Shown here: piece after piece, positions 1 through 15,000 of the stretch
Position numbering within the stretch: position 1 is the stretch's first letter
How the letters are laid out: each line of letters starts with the position of its first letter
DNA from: Eledone cirrhosa
Lineage: Eukaryota
Direction: 5' to 3'
DNA length: 64,000 nucleotides
Assembly: GCA_964016885.1 (NCBI GenBank)
Contig: OZ024746.1
Span: 62,930,001-62,994,000 of the forward strand
The notes under the pieces: model-generated
What the model was told of the DNA's origin: nothing
The model's input: the letters and a program-made list of their open reading frames with translations, nothing else
The model's database searches: none
Position numbers and translations under genes: made by a program

Positions 1-922
1 CATACAAACATACAAACATACACACATACACACATACATACATACATACTCATATAAATACACACATACACATATACTTACTTACATACAAACATACAAA
101 CATACACACATACATACAAACATACATACATACATACTCATATAAATACACACAAGCACACATACTTACATACATACAAACATACAAACATACACACATA
201 CATACAAACATACATACATACATACATACTCATATAAATACACACATCCACACATACTTACATACATACAAACATACAAACATACACACATACATACAAA
301 CATACATACATACATACATACTCATATAAATACACACATGCACACATACTTACATACATACAAACATCCAAACATAAACACATACATACAAACATACATA
401 CATACATACTCATATAAATACACACATACACACACACTTACATAATACAAACATACAAACATACACACATACACACATACATACATACATACATACATAC
501 TCATATAAATACACACATACACACATACTTACATACATACAAACATACAAACATACACACATACATACAAACATACATACATACATACATACATACATAC
601 TCATATAAATACACACATGCACACACACTTACATACATACAAACATACACACATACACACATACACACATACATACATACTCATATAAATACACACATGA
701 ACACATACTTACATACATACAAACATACAAACATACACACATACATACAAACATACATACATACTCATATAAATACACACATGCACACACACTTACATAC
801 ATACACACATACAAACATACACACATACATACAAACATACATACATACATATTCATATAAATACACACATACACACATACATACATACATACATACTCAT
901 ATAAATACACACATACACACAT

Positions 923-987
923 GATGGCTGCCCCCTCGTTATCGAGTATGGCCATTGCACAATAAAAAAAAAAAAAAAAAAAAAAAA

Positions 988-1036
<49 letters not shown>

Positions 1037-1112
1037 GCAATAATAATAATAACGACAACAACAATAATATACATATCCACACATACATACACACACACGC
1101 ACGCACATAAGC

Positions 1113-1150
<38 letters not shown>

Positions 1151-2986
1151 GATAGCAACTAACAGTGCTGCGATCGAATGTGGCTTTTTAGCCCAGCCAA
1201 TGATCCAAAATGTCTTGCACAGAGTCGGCAACCAAAACATTTACTGGGAATAGTCGGCTGTGGTTGGAGTTCGTGTACTTTTGCATGTCGCTTGAGTCCT
1301 CCTGCTGATTTACATTCTCTACCACATGTTTGGCAAGCATGATGAGTAGCATCTCCAACAGCAGCCTGGTAGTCAACCACTGGTCTTACTTTATGACTGC
1401 GAAGATGACTTTCGAGTCCAGCTTTGCTTAGACAGAGTCTCGCACAGACGCTGCATGTCAGAAACATAGGAGGACCCTCGCCGTCTGGAAGTGCAACAGC
1501 AATACCCTTCCTCACGTCCCGCTTTACTTTCTCGTGTGCGATTCGAGATGCCTCAAAGGCAACTTTTCCCTCATATACAGTCTTTCTCCATTTATTACGA
1601 TCAGCAGCAATATTTTCCCATGTATCAGCAGAGATGTTAGCGTCTTTCAGAGAGGCCTTCAAGGAATCCTTATACCTCTTTTTTGGTTTATGTGGCGGTC
1701 GTTTTCCTTTAACCAACTCTCCATAGAAGAGTTGTTTTGGTATTCTAGAATCCTTCATCCTGGCAAGGTGACCACTCCAACGGAGTCGCTGCTTAAGCAC
1801 AAGAGCTTCTATACTGTCACACATAGAGCTTTCCAAAATCTCGACATCACTGATGTGGTCCCTCCAGCGAACGCCATGTATCCGTCTGAGACACATCTGA
1901 TGGAAACGCTCCAATTGCTTAAGGTGGCGTCGATATGTGACCCAGGTCTCGCAGGCATAAAGAAGACAAGAGAGTACACATGCCCTGTACACCTTTACCT
2001 TTGTCCTCCTGCATATGTCTCGCCGACCCCAGAGTCGCCTTTCTAGCTTTCCGAAAGCATCACTTGCTTTCCTAATCCTAAGTGAGATTTCACTGTCAAG
2101 GTTGCCGTATCGATTGACAGTGCTTCCCAGGTAGACAAACTGATCAACCACTCCAAGTCGTTTGCCATACACATAGATGTTTGGTTCAGTGTACTGCCCA
2201 CCAGGTGCAGGTTGGTACATGACGACGGTTTTCTTGAGACTGACAGTCAAACCCAGGGCAGTGCAAGCGTCAGAAAATACATTCAAAATGTGCTGCATAT
2301 CACTCTCTGTGTGCGCTACAAGATCGCAATCATCTGCATACAAGAGGTCTCTTATGACTGATGTAAATACTTTTGTCTTCGCAGCAAAGCGCCTGATGTT
2401 AAATATGCTGCCTGAGGTTCGATATCGGATGTAAACACCATGCTCGCAATTCCTGAATGCAATACAGAAAACCATTGCAAAGTATATGGCAAACAGGGTC
2501 GGTGCTGGAATATCCCCCTGTTTCACTCCATTTTTTACTGAGATAGGCTCCGACATGTTACCTCCGACATTAACCCAAGCCTTCATGTCGTCATGGAAAG
2601 ACCTAACTAAAGCAAGGAACTTATCAGGGCAACCAAGTTTCTGGAGAACCTTCCATAATGCATCTCTGTTGACAGTATCGAAAGCCTTTGTCAGATCGAC
2701 AAAAACCTGATACAGATCCAAGCCCTGTTCAATGCACTTCTCCTGGAGCTGTCTAGCTGAGAAGATCATATCAGTAGTGCCGCGTCCAACACGAAAACCA
2801 GATTGACTTTCAGGAAGGACACAATCTGCAATGTGTGTCAGCAGACGGTCCAGAAGCACCCTACATAAAACTTTCCCCACGACAGAAAGCAATGATATAC
2901 CTCTGTAGTTCCCACAATCATTCCTGTTACCCTTTCCCTTGTACAAGACCACCATTACTGCATCTCTCCAGTCCTCAGGCAGTGTG
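923..2986 (-). mobile_element. 5'-truncated RTE-clade (BovB-like) LINE with 23-bp TSD
   Basis: TSD TATAAATACACACATACACACAT at 900-922 and 2987-3009. An empty orthologous site lies in the next HOR copy (~5586-5610). Contains an RT ORF; the 3' end reads ...GGCAGCCATCAT. Confidence 0.95.
1159..2985 (-). CDS. RTE ORF C-terminal part: reverse transcriptase plus three C2H2 zinc fingers (APE endonuclease lost by 5' truncation)
   Basis: Motifs NYRGISLLS, LPESQSGFR, DLTKAFD, GVKQGD, YADD, FVYLGS, RLRWSGH. Fingers CSVC..H..H, CQTC..H..H, CRLC..H...H. No stops over ~609 codons; the first 32 aa of the track ORF are satellite. Confidence 0.93.
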   Translation of the reverse strand, partial: TLPEDWRDAVMVVLYKGKGNRNDCGNYRGISLLSVVGKVLCRVLLDRLLTHIADCVLPESQSGFRVGRGTTDMIFSARQLQEKCIEQGLDLYQVFVDLTKAFDTVNRDALWKVLQKLGCPDKFLALVRSFHDDMKAWVNVGGNMSEPISVKNGVKQGDIPAPTLFAIYFAMVFCIAFRNCEHGVYIRYRTSGSIFNIRRFAAKTKVFTSVIRDLLYADDCDLVAHTESDMQHILNVFSDACTALGLTVSLKKTVVMYQPAPGGQYTEPNIYVYGKRLGVVDQFVYLGSTVNRYGNLDSEISLRIRKASDAFGKLERRLWGRRDICRRTKVKVYRACVLSCLLYACETWVTYRRHLKQLERFHQMCLRRIHGVRWRDHISDVEILESSMCDSIEALVLKQRLRWSGHLARMKDSRIPKQLFYGELVKGKRPPHKPKKRYKDSLKASLKDANISADTWENIAADRNKWRKTVYEGKVAFEASRIAHEKVKRDVRKGIAVALPDGEGPPMFLTCSVCARLCLSKAGLESHLRSHKVRPVVDYQAAVGDATHHACQTCGRECKSAGGLKRHAKVHELQPQPTIPSKCFGCRLCARHFGSLAGLKSHIRSQHC

Positions 2987-5900
2987 TATAAATACACACA
3001 TACACACATACTTACATACATACAAACATACACACATACACACATACATACATACATACATACATACATACATACATACATACATACTCATATAAATACA
3101 CACATACACACATACTTACATACAAACATACATACATACATACATACATACATACATACATACTCATATAAATACACACATGCACACACACTTACATACA
3201 AACATACAAACATACACGCATACATACAAACATACATACATACGTATTTACTCATATAAATACACACATGCACACATACTTACATACATACAAACATACA
3301 TACATACATACATACATACATACATACATACATACATACTCATATAAATACACACATACACACATACTTACATACATACAAACATACAAACATACACACA
3401 TACATACAAACATACATACATACATACTCATATAAATACACACATACACACATACTTACATACATACAAACATACAAACATACACACATACATACAAACA
3501 TACATACATACTCATATAAATACACACATGCACACATACTTACATACATACAAACATACAAACATACACACATACATACAAACATACATACATACATACT
3601 CATATAAATACACACATGCACACATACTTACATACATACAAACATACAAACATACACACATACATACATACAAACATACATACATACATACTCATATAAA
3701 TACACACATACAGACATATTTACATACATACAAACATACAAACATACACACATACATACAAACATACATAATACATACATACTCATATAAATACACACAT
3801 GCACACATACTTACATACATACAAACATACAAACATACACACATACATACAAACATACATACATACATACATACACATATAAATACACACATACACACAT
3901 ACTTACATACATACAAACATACAAACATACAAACATACTCACATACATACAAACTTACATACATACTCATATAAATACACACATGCACACATACTTACAT
4001 ACATACAAACATACAAACATACACACATACATACAAACATACATAGATACATACATACATACTCATATAAATACACACATGCACACATACTTACATACAT
4101 ACAAACATACACACATACATACAAACATACATACATACTCATATAAATACACACATACATACTTACATACATACAAACATACAAACATACACACATACAA
4201 AAATACATACGTACATACATACATAATCATATAAATACACACATGCACACATACTTACATACACACATACATACAAACATACATACATACATACATATTC
4301 ATATAAATACACACATGCACACACACTTACATACATACAAACATACAAACACACACATACATACAAACATACATACATACATACATACATACTCATATAA
4401 ATACACACATACACACATACTTACATACATACAAACATACAAACATACATACAAACATACATACATACATACTCATATAAATACACACATGCACACATAC
4501 TTACATACATACAAACATCCAAACATACACACATACATACAAACATACATACATACATAATACATACTCATATAAATACACACATACGCACACACTTACA
4601 TACATACAAACATACAAACATACACACATACACACATACATACATACATACTCATATAAATACACACATACACATATACTTACTTACATACAAACATACA
4701 AACATACACACATACATACAAACATACATACATACATACTCATATAAATACACACAAGCACACATACTTACATACATACAAACATACAAACATACACACA
4801 TACATACAAACATACATACATACATACATACTCATATAAATACACACATCCACACATACTTACATACATACAAACATACAAACATACACACATACATACA
4901 AACATACATACATACATACATACTCATATAAATACACACATGCACACATACTTACATACATACAAACATCCAAACATAAACACATACATACAAACATACA
5001 TACATACATACATACTCATATAAATACACACATGCACACATACTTACATACATACAAACATCCAAACATAAACGCATACATACAAACATACATACATACA
5101 TACTCATATAAATACACACATACACACACACTTACATAATACAAACATACAAACATACACACATACACACATACATACATACATACATACTCATATAAAT
5201 ACACACATACACACATACTTACATACATACAAACATACAAACATACACACATACATACAAACATACATACATACATACATACATACTCATATAAATACAC
5301 ACATGCACACACACTTACATACATACAAACATACACACATACACACATACACACATACATACATACTCATATAAATACACACATGAACACATACTTACAT
5401 ACATACAAACATACAAACATACACACATACATACAAACATACATACATACTCATATAAATACACACATGCACACACACTTACATACATACACACATACAA
5501 ACATACACACATACATACAAACATACATACATACATATTCATATAAATACACACATACACACATACATACATACATACATACTCATATAAATACACACAT
5601 ACACACATACTTACATACATACAAACATACACACATACACACATACATACATACATACATACATACATACATACATACATACATACATACATACTCATAT
5701 AAATACACACATACACACATACTTACATACAAACATACATACATACATACATACATACATACATACTCATATAAATACACACATGCACACACACTTACAT
5801 ACATACACACATACAAACATACACACATACATACAAACATACATACATACATATTCATATAAATACACACATACACACATACATACATACATACATACTC

Positions 5901-7257
5901 ATATAAATACACACATACACACATACTTACATACATACAAACATACACACATACACACATACATACATACATACATACATACATACATACATACATACAT
6001 ACATACATACTCATATAAATACACACATACACATACTTACATACAAACATACATACATACATACATACATACATACATACTCATATAAATACACACATGC
6101 ACACACACTTACATACAAACATACAAACATACACGCATACATACAAACATACATACATACGTATTTACTCATATAAATACACACATGCACACATACTTAC
6201 ATACATACAAACATACAAACATACACACAAACATACAAACATACATACATACATACATACATACATACATACATACATACATACATACTCATATAAATAC
6301 ACACATACACACATACTTACATACATACAAACATACAAACATACACACATACATACAAACATACATACATACATACTCATATAAATACACACATACACAC
6401 ATACTTACATACATACAAACATACAAACATACACACATACATACAAACATACATACATACATACTCATATAAATACACACATGCACACATACTTACATAC
6501 ATACAAACATACAAACATACACACATACATACAAACATACATACATACATACTCATATAAATACACACATGCACACATACTTACATACATACAAACATAC
6601 AAACATACACACATACATACATACAAACATACATACATACATACTCATATAAATACACACATACAGACATATTTACATACATACAAACATACAAACATAC
6701 ACACATACATACAAACATACATAATACATACATACTCATATAAATACACACATGCACACATACTTACATACATACAAACATACAAACATACACACATACA
6801 TACAAACATACATACATACATACATACACATATAAATACACACATACACACATACTTACATACATACAAACATACAAACATACAAACATACTCACATACA
6901 TACAAACTTACATACATACTCATATAAATACACACATGCACACATACTTACATACATACAAACATACAAACATACACACATACATACAAACATACATAGA
7001 TACATACATACATACTCATATAAATACACACATACACACATACTTACATACATACAAACATACAAACATACAAACATATTCACATACATGCAAACTTACA
7101 TACATACTCATATAAATACACACATGCACACATACTTACATACATACAAACATACAAACATACACACATACATACAAACATACATACATACTCATATAAA
7201 TACACACATACATACTTACATACATACAAACATACAAACATACACACATACAAAAAT

Positions 7258-7867
7258 GGTGGCTGCCAACTCGTTTTCGAGTACGGCCACTACTTTATAT
7301 CCATGTAGGAGAACCCCTACCGATGCGCTGAACAAGTGTGACTTTTTAGTCCAGCCAGCGACTTGAAAACTCTGGTACAAACACTACACTTGTGACAATT
7401 ATTGACACATAGTGCTGGGCCCATGGTACCATGTGACGACAAGTGCAGAGAGATCTCCAGATATAAAGCAATGCCTGTGCCGTGAAGCTTTTATAGTGAG
7501 CAAAGGCACTGCACAAAGCCAGTCCCACTCTCTTAACCAAGATGATATTTACCAAAAAGAAGAACAAGTCAACATCATTGGATACCATCAGGGTTGCAGG
7601 TGTTATATCAGAGTTTTCCTTCTCCTAGAATTCTGCCTTGACAAAAGCTAAGGGGTCATCTCCCCCGGTGATTTTGGATGGCCATTGACTCTTAAGAGCT
7701 CCTTTGCCCTTTGGCAGGTTTTATTTTTAGTCCTGCAGGATGTCCAAAGTCACCCTCCTCACCAAGAAACCTTGGTGGGGTTGCCAGTTTAGTCGCCAAC
7801 GACCCGACCATGGGACAGATTGTACTGGGATACATGTTACCAGTAGCACCAACTGGTGATCTGACAT
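7258..7867 (-). mobile_element. Non-autonomous bipartite RTE derivative (5'UTR-like part fused to terminal zinc-finger coding segment and 3' hairpin)
   Basis: TSD AAAAT at 7253-7257 and 7868-7872; empty sites at ~4200 and ~10800. Minus strand 7394-7317 reads HKCSVCTRVFKSLAGLKSHTCSAHR*, matching SLAGLKSH of the RTE at 923. The 3' end TGGCCGTACTCGAAAACGAGTTGGCAGCCACCAT resembles that element's end. CTAGGAGAAGGAAAACTCTGAT is an RTE 5'UTR-like motif (from memory). Confidence 0.8.
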
Positions 7868-9441
7868 AAAATACATACATACATACATACATACTCATAT
7901 AAATACACACATGCACACATACTTACATACACACATACATACAAACATACATACATACATACATATTCATATAAATACACACATGCACACACACTTACAT
8001 ACATACAAACATACAAACACACACATACATACAAACATACATACATACATACATACATACTCATATAAATACACACATACACACATACTTACATACATAC
8101 AAACATACAAACATACATACAAACATACATACATACTCATATAAATACACACATGCACACATACTTACATACATACAAACATCCAAACATACACACATAC
8201 ATACAAACATACATACATACATAATACATACTCATATAAATACACACATACGCACACACTTACATACATACAAACATACAAACATACACACATACACACA
8301 TACATACATACATACTCATATAAATACACACATACACATATACTTACTTACATACAAACATACAAACATACACACATACATACAAACATACATACATACA
8401 TACTCATATAAATACACACAAGCACACATACTTACATACATACAAACATACAAACATACACACATACATACAAACATACATACATACATACATACTCATA
8501 TAAATACACACCCACACATACTTACATACATACAAACATACAAACATACACACATACATACAAACATACATACATACATACATACTCATATAAATACACA
8601 CATGCACACATACTTACATACATACAAACATCCAAACATACACACATACATACAAACATACATACATACATACATACTCATATAAATACACACATGCACA
8701 CATACTTACATACATACAAACATCCAAACATAAACACATACATACAAACATACATACATACATACTCATATAAATACACACATACACACACACTTACATA
8801 ATACAAACATACAAACATACACACATACACACATACACACATACATACATACATACATACATACTCATATAAATACACACATACACACATACTTACATAC
8901 ATACAAACATACAAACATACACACATACATACAAACATACATACATACATACATACATACTCATATAAATACACACATGCACACACACTTACATACATAC
9001 AAACATACACACATACACACATACACACATACATACATACATACTCATATAAATACACACATGAACACATACTTACATACATACAAACATACAAACATAC
9101 ACACATACATACAAACATACATACATACTCATATAAATACACACATGCACACACACTTACATACATACACACATACAAACATACACACATACATACAAAC
9201 ATACATACATACATATTCATATAAATACACACATACACACATACATACATACATACATACTCATATAAATACACACATACACACATACTTACATACATAC
9301 AAACATACACACATACACACATACATACATACATACATACATACATACATACATACATACTCATATAAATACACACATACACACATACTTACATACAAAC
9401 ATACATACATACATACATACATACATACATACATACATACA

Positions 9442-9628
9442 TGGATTTGCGGACAAAAAGCGCAGCTCCCTAATTCATAGTCTACAAATGGCTGCGATAG
9501 CTGGCACCTTCAAAATATGCAAAACATTCTTGCGATTCAAGGGATGACAATTTCTTTTCTTTTACAACCTTGCCACCAGGAAGGTGGCCGGTCAAAAAAA
9601 TATACTCGAAATTAAGAGAAAGAGAAAA
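9442..9628 (+). mobile_element. 5'-truncated copy (187 bp) of the R4/Dong-like element
   Basis: Near-identical to 14955-15141; inserted in a (CATA)n run; ends GAGAAAA|CATAC. Confidence 0.97.
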
Positions 9629-12023
9629 CATACATACTCATATAAATACACACATGCACACACACTTACATACAAACATACAAACATACACGCATACATA
9701 CAAACATACATACATACGTATTTACTCATATAAATACACACATGCACACATACTTACATACATACAAACATACAAACATACATACATACATACATACATA
9801 CATACATACATACATACATACATACATACTCATATAAATACACACATACACACATACTTACATACATACAAACATACAAACATACACACATACATACAAA
9901 CATACATACATACATACTCATATAAATACACACATACACACATACTTACATACATACAAACATACAAACATACACACATACATACAAACATACATACATA
10001 CATACTCATATAAATACACACATGCACACATACTTACATACATACAAACATACAAACATACACACATACATACAAACATACATACATACATACTCATATA
10101 AATACACACATGCACACATACTTACATACATACAAACATACAAACATACACACATACATACATACAAACATACATACATACATACTCATATAAATACACA
10201 CATACAGACATATTTACATACATACAAACATACAAACATACACACATACATACAAACATACATAATACATACATACTCATATAAATACACACATGCACAC
10301 ATACTTACATACATACAAACATACAAACATACACACATACATACAAACATACATACATACATACATACACATATAAATACACACATACACACATACTTAC
10401 ATACATACAAACATACAAACATACAAACATACTCACATACATACAAACTTACATACATACTCATATAAATACACACATGCACACATACTTACATACATAC
10501 AAACATACAAACATACACACATACATACAAACATACATAGATACATACATACATACATACATACTCATATAAATACACACATACACACATACTTACATAC
10601 ATACAAACATACAAACATACAAACATATTCACATACATACAAACTTACGTACATACTCATATAAATACACACATGCACACATACTTACATACATACAAAC
10701 ATACAAACATACACACATACATACAAACATACATACATACTCATATAAATACACACATACATACTTACATACATACAAACATACAAACATACACACATAC
10801 AAAAATACATACATACATACATACATACTCATATAAATACACACATGCACACATACTTACATACACACATACATACAAACATACATACATACATACATAT
10901 TCATATAAATACACACATGCACACACACTTACATACATACAAACATACAAACACACACATACATACAAACATACATACATACATACATACATACTCATAT
11001 AAATACACACATACACACATACTTACATACATACAAACATACAAACATACATACAAACATACATACATACATACTCATATAAATACACACATGCACACAT
11101 ACTTACATACATACACACATCCAAACATACACACATACATACAAACATACATACATACATAATACATACTCATATAAATACACACATACGCACACACTTA
11201 CATACATACAAACATACAAACATACACACATACACACATACATACATACATACTCATATAAATACACACATACACATATACTTACTTACATACAAACATA
11301 CAAACATACACACATACATACAAACATACATACATACATACTCATATAAATACACACAAGCACACATACTTACATACATACAAACATACAAACATACACA
11401 CATACATACAAACATACATACATACATACATACTCATATAAATACACACATCCACACATACTTACATACATACAAACATACAAACATACACACATACATA
11501 CAAACATACATACATACATACTCATATAAATACACACATGCACACATACTTACATACATACAAACATCCAAACATAAACACATACATACAAACATACATA
11601 CATACATACATACTCATATAAATACACACATACACACATACTTACATACATACAAACATCCAAACATAAACACATACATACAAACATACATACATACATA
11701 CTCATATAAATACACACATACACACACACTTACATAATACAAACATACAAACATACACACATACACACATACATACATACATACATACTCATATAAATAC
11801 ACACATACACACATACTTACATACATACAAACATACACACATACACACATACACACATACATACATACATACTCATATAAATACACACATGAACACATAC
11901 TTACATACATACAAACATACAAACATACACACATACATACAAACATACATACATACTCATATAAATACACACATGCACACACACTTACATACATACACAC
12001 ATACAAACATACACACATACATA

Positions 12024-15000
12024 AAAACTTGTGGGCACACTACAAGTGATATGGAACGATATGTTTCAAGAGATACACAGCCTTAATGTGAGTGACAGAC
12101 CATACAACACTAGAGTCAGTAAAGAACCCACTAAATTGGAATTGGAAGCGGTGAACGAAATAGCTGGCAATTATCTGAAGGCTATACGATCTAAAGGTGT
12201 AGAAACGACATTTGAAACGCTCAATGTTTTGTTATATGTTTCAGCTGTCACATTGCTATCATATAACACACATCTAAAACCACGCAATCAAGATACAAAC
12301 AGAAAGCCTGAACCAGCGTGGATGCGAAATTTAAAAACCAAAATTTTGTCCCTGAGACGAAGTATCTCACACATCGCAGTCGTTATGAAATGCAACATAG
12401 AGAGAAACTTCACACGACACCAGGAAGACCTAAAGAAAAAGTTAGAGAGACGATTTGGAGATACCAAATTTAAAACTTTGAACTCCAAATTACACCAGTT
12501 GAAACAACAACTCACAGCTACAACAGAAAGACTAAAATATAAGTCAACAGCCCATAAACGACAAGTGCTAAATAGATTGTTTGCCAGAGATCCTAAATCA
12601 GTTTATCGCAGCTTCGGTGGCAAAAGCTCAATCCCTGTAAACGACACCCCTTCAAAAGAACAGGTTGAGAACTACTGGAGATCTGTATGGGAAACGGATG
12701 ACGGATTCAACAGACAAGCTAATTGGCTAAAACAACTGGAACAGGACTACTGCCAACATGTCCAGACAAAACAATATGATATAGATGGGTCAATACTGGA
12801 AACAGCTCTACAGAAAATGTCGAATAGGAAATCGCCAGGCCCAGACCTCATTACAGGATACTGGTTGAAGAATTTCACTTTCTATCGGCAAGATCTCATA
12901 CGGCTGTTTACAGAAACCATTAAGGGCACACAAGAACTGCCCAGATGGTTATCAACTGCCACTACTCTCCTCATTCCCAAAAATAGCCAAACCACCCTTG
13001 CTAAAAATTACCGCCCAATTGCCTGCCAAAACATCATGTATAAATTATATACTGGGTGCCTTAACCTGTTCTTACAGGATCACTGTGCTACCAACAACAT
13101 CATAACACCTGAGCAAGCTGGTGGAAAGAGGGAGGTGTGGGGTTGCATAGATCACCTACTAACTAACAAAATGATTCAGGAAAAAACAACAAAGAATCGC
13201 AGAAACATGACTGTCGTGTGGCTGGACTATCAAAAAGCATTTGATAGTGTACCTCATGGGTGGATTATTAAGGCTTTACAGTTAGCTAAAGTCCCACAAC
13301 CATTAGTAGCTGCTGTTGAACGCCTGACCAAGAACTGGTACACCAATTTGATCCTTAGAGGTGAGAAGGAGCAGGTTAAGACTGATAGGATACATTACCA
13401 GAAGGGCATCTTTCAGGGTGATAGCTTGTCAGTACTACTCTTCGTTCTCTCACTGAATCCACTATCTTACCTACTCAGGAAACAAGGTGGACAAAGAAGT
13501 GGGCCCAGAAGTATCTCCCATCTTTTCTTTGTTGATGACCTGAAGTTGTATGGGCCAAATATCAATGACATCAAGAAACAATTGGACCTCATTACACAAT
13601 TTTCAACCGACATCAAAATGAAATTTGGTGAGTCCAAGTGTGCATATTTGGCAGTAAAACGTGGAAGAGCTGTGCCCTCCTCTAGAAATCTAGATATGAA
13701 CGGCCTGACAATACAACCTCTGCAGTCAGGTGACAACTACAGATATCTTGGACAGGATGAGAATGTCAGATATGATGGACCCATAAATAAGGAGAGAACC
13801 AGAACTGAATACCTCAGAAGAGTAAAAAAAATATGGTCATCAGAACTGTCAGCATACAACAAATACATTGCCCACAATACCTATGCTGTGCCAATTATAA
13901 CGCCAACATTTGGCCTACTGAACTGGTCATTGCAAGAACTAAGTGAGATGGATGTTAGAACTCGTAAACTTCTCAGTGTTACTGGGAACTTTAACATCAA
14001 TGGTGATGTGGATAGGCTATACTTCTCACGCAAGGAAGGTGGCCGGGGTCTAAAATCAATATTAACAACATATGAGACCCGGATAGTAACACTGAAGCAA
14101 CACCTTCAACAGAGGAAAAAGGTTGGCGACCATCTTGCTCAGGTTTATGAGCATGAAAAAAGAAATATCATTAGAATAGCGACTGATCTGGAGGAGAGAT
14201 ATGGAATAAAGCCTGATATAAATCTCTCACCCAGAGAAATCGGAAGATCCTATTCAATGTTCAAACAAGAAAAAAAAATTGACCAATTTACAGAGAAAGT
14301 TGTGCATGGATACTTGAGGCGTAAAACACAGACCATAGAGGGGATAAACCACTCAAAAAGCCTGGCATGGAGTTCCGACAAGTTTATGACATCACACCTT
14401 GAGGGATATCTCTATGCAATACAGGAACAAGAACTCCCTACCAAATATCTGCTGCACAAAAGAGGAGGGCCAGCAGCTGACAATAAATGTAGGCTATGTA
14501 AAACAAAGATCGAGGATGTAAGCCACATTGTTGCCAGCTGCGAAAGAATGTCATCTCGCTACTACCTCCCCATGAGACACGATGGGATAGCTAGAACTAT
14601 CTGGAACGCACTTCGGAAAACAAAATTAACAACAAACGAGGAAGAATATATTGAGACAGATGGCACTAAGGAATACTGGTGGAACCTGAAAATAAAAACT
14701 GCCACCAAATTAAAGCACAACTGGCCTGATATTGTAGTTTGGGACCACACATTGAAAACGTGTTCTGTTGTGGAGATCAGCTGCCCACTTGATGTAAACG
14801 TTGTCAGAAAAATACAGGAGAAGGAGGACATCTACGGACCATTGATGAGGAGCTTACAAATCCAGTATCCAAGATACACCTTTAGCTTCATACCCATCAT
14901 TATTGGTGCTACGGGTTATATACCAACCCGCTTGGACCAAAGTATGACCGAACTTGGATTTGCGGACAAAAAGCGCAGCTCCCTAATTCATAGTCTACAA

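Noticed and set aside
2986-3081. ATG start of the 640-aa ORF
   Set aside because: It lies in satellite beyond the TSD; a chance in-frame fusion to the truncated RTE.
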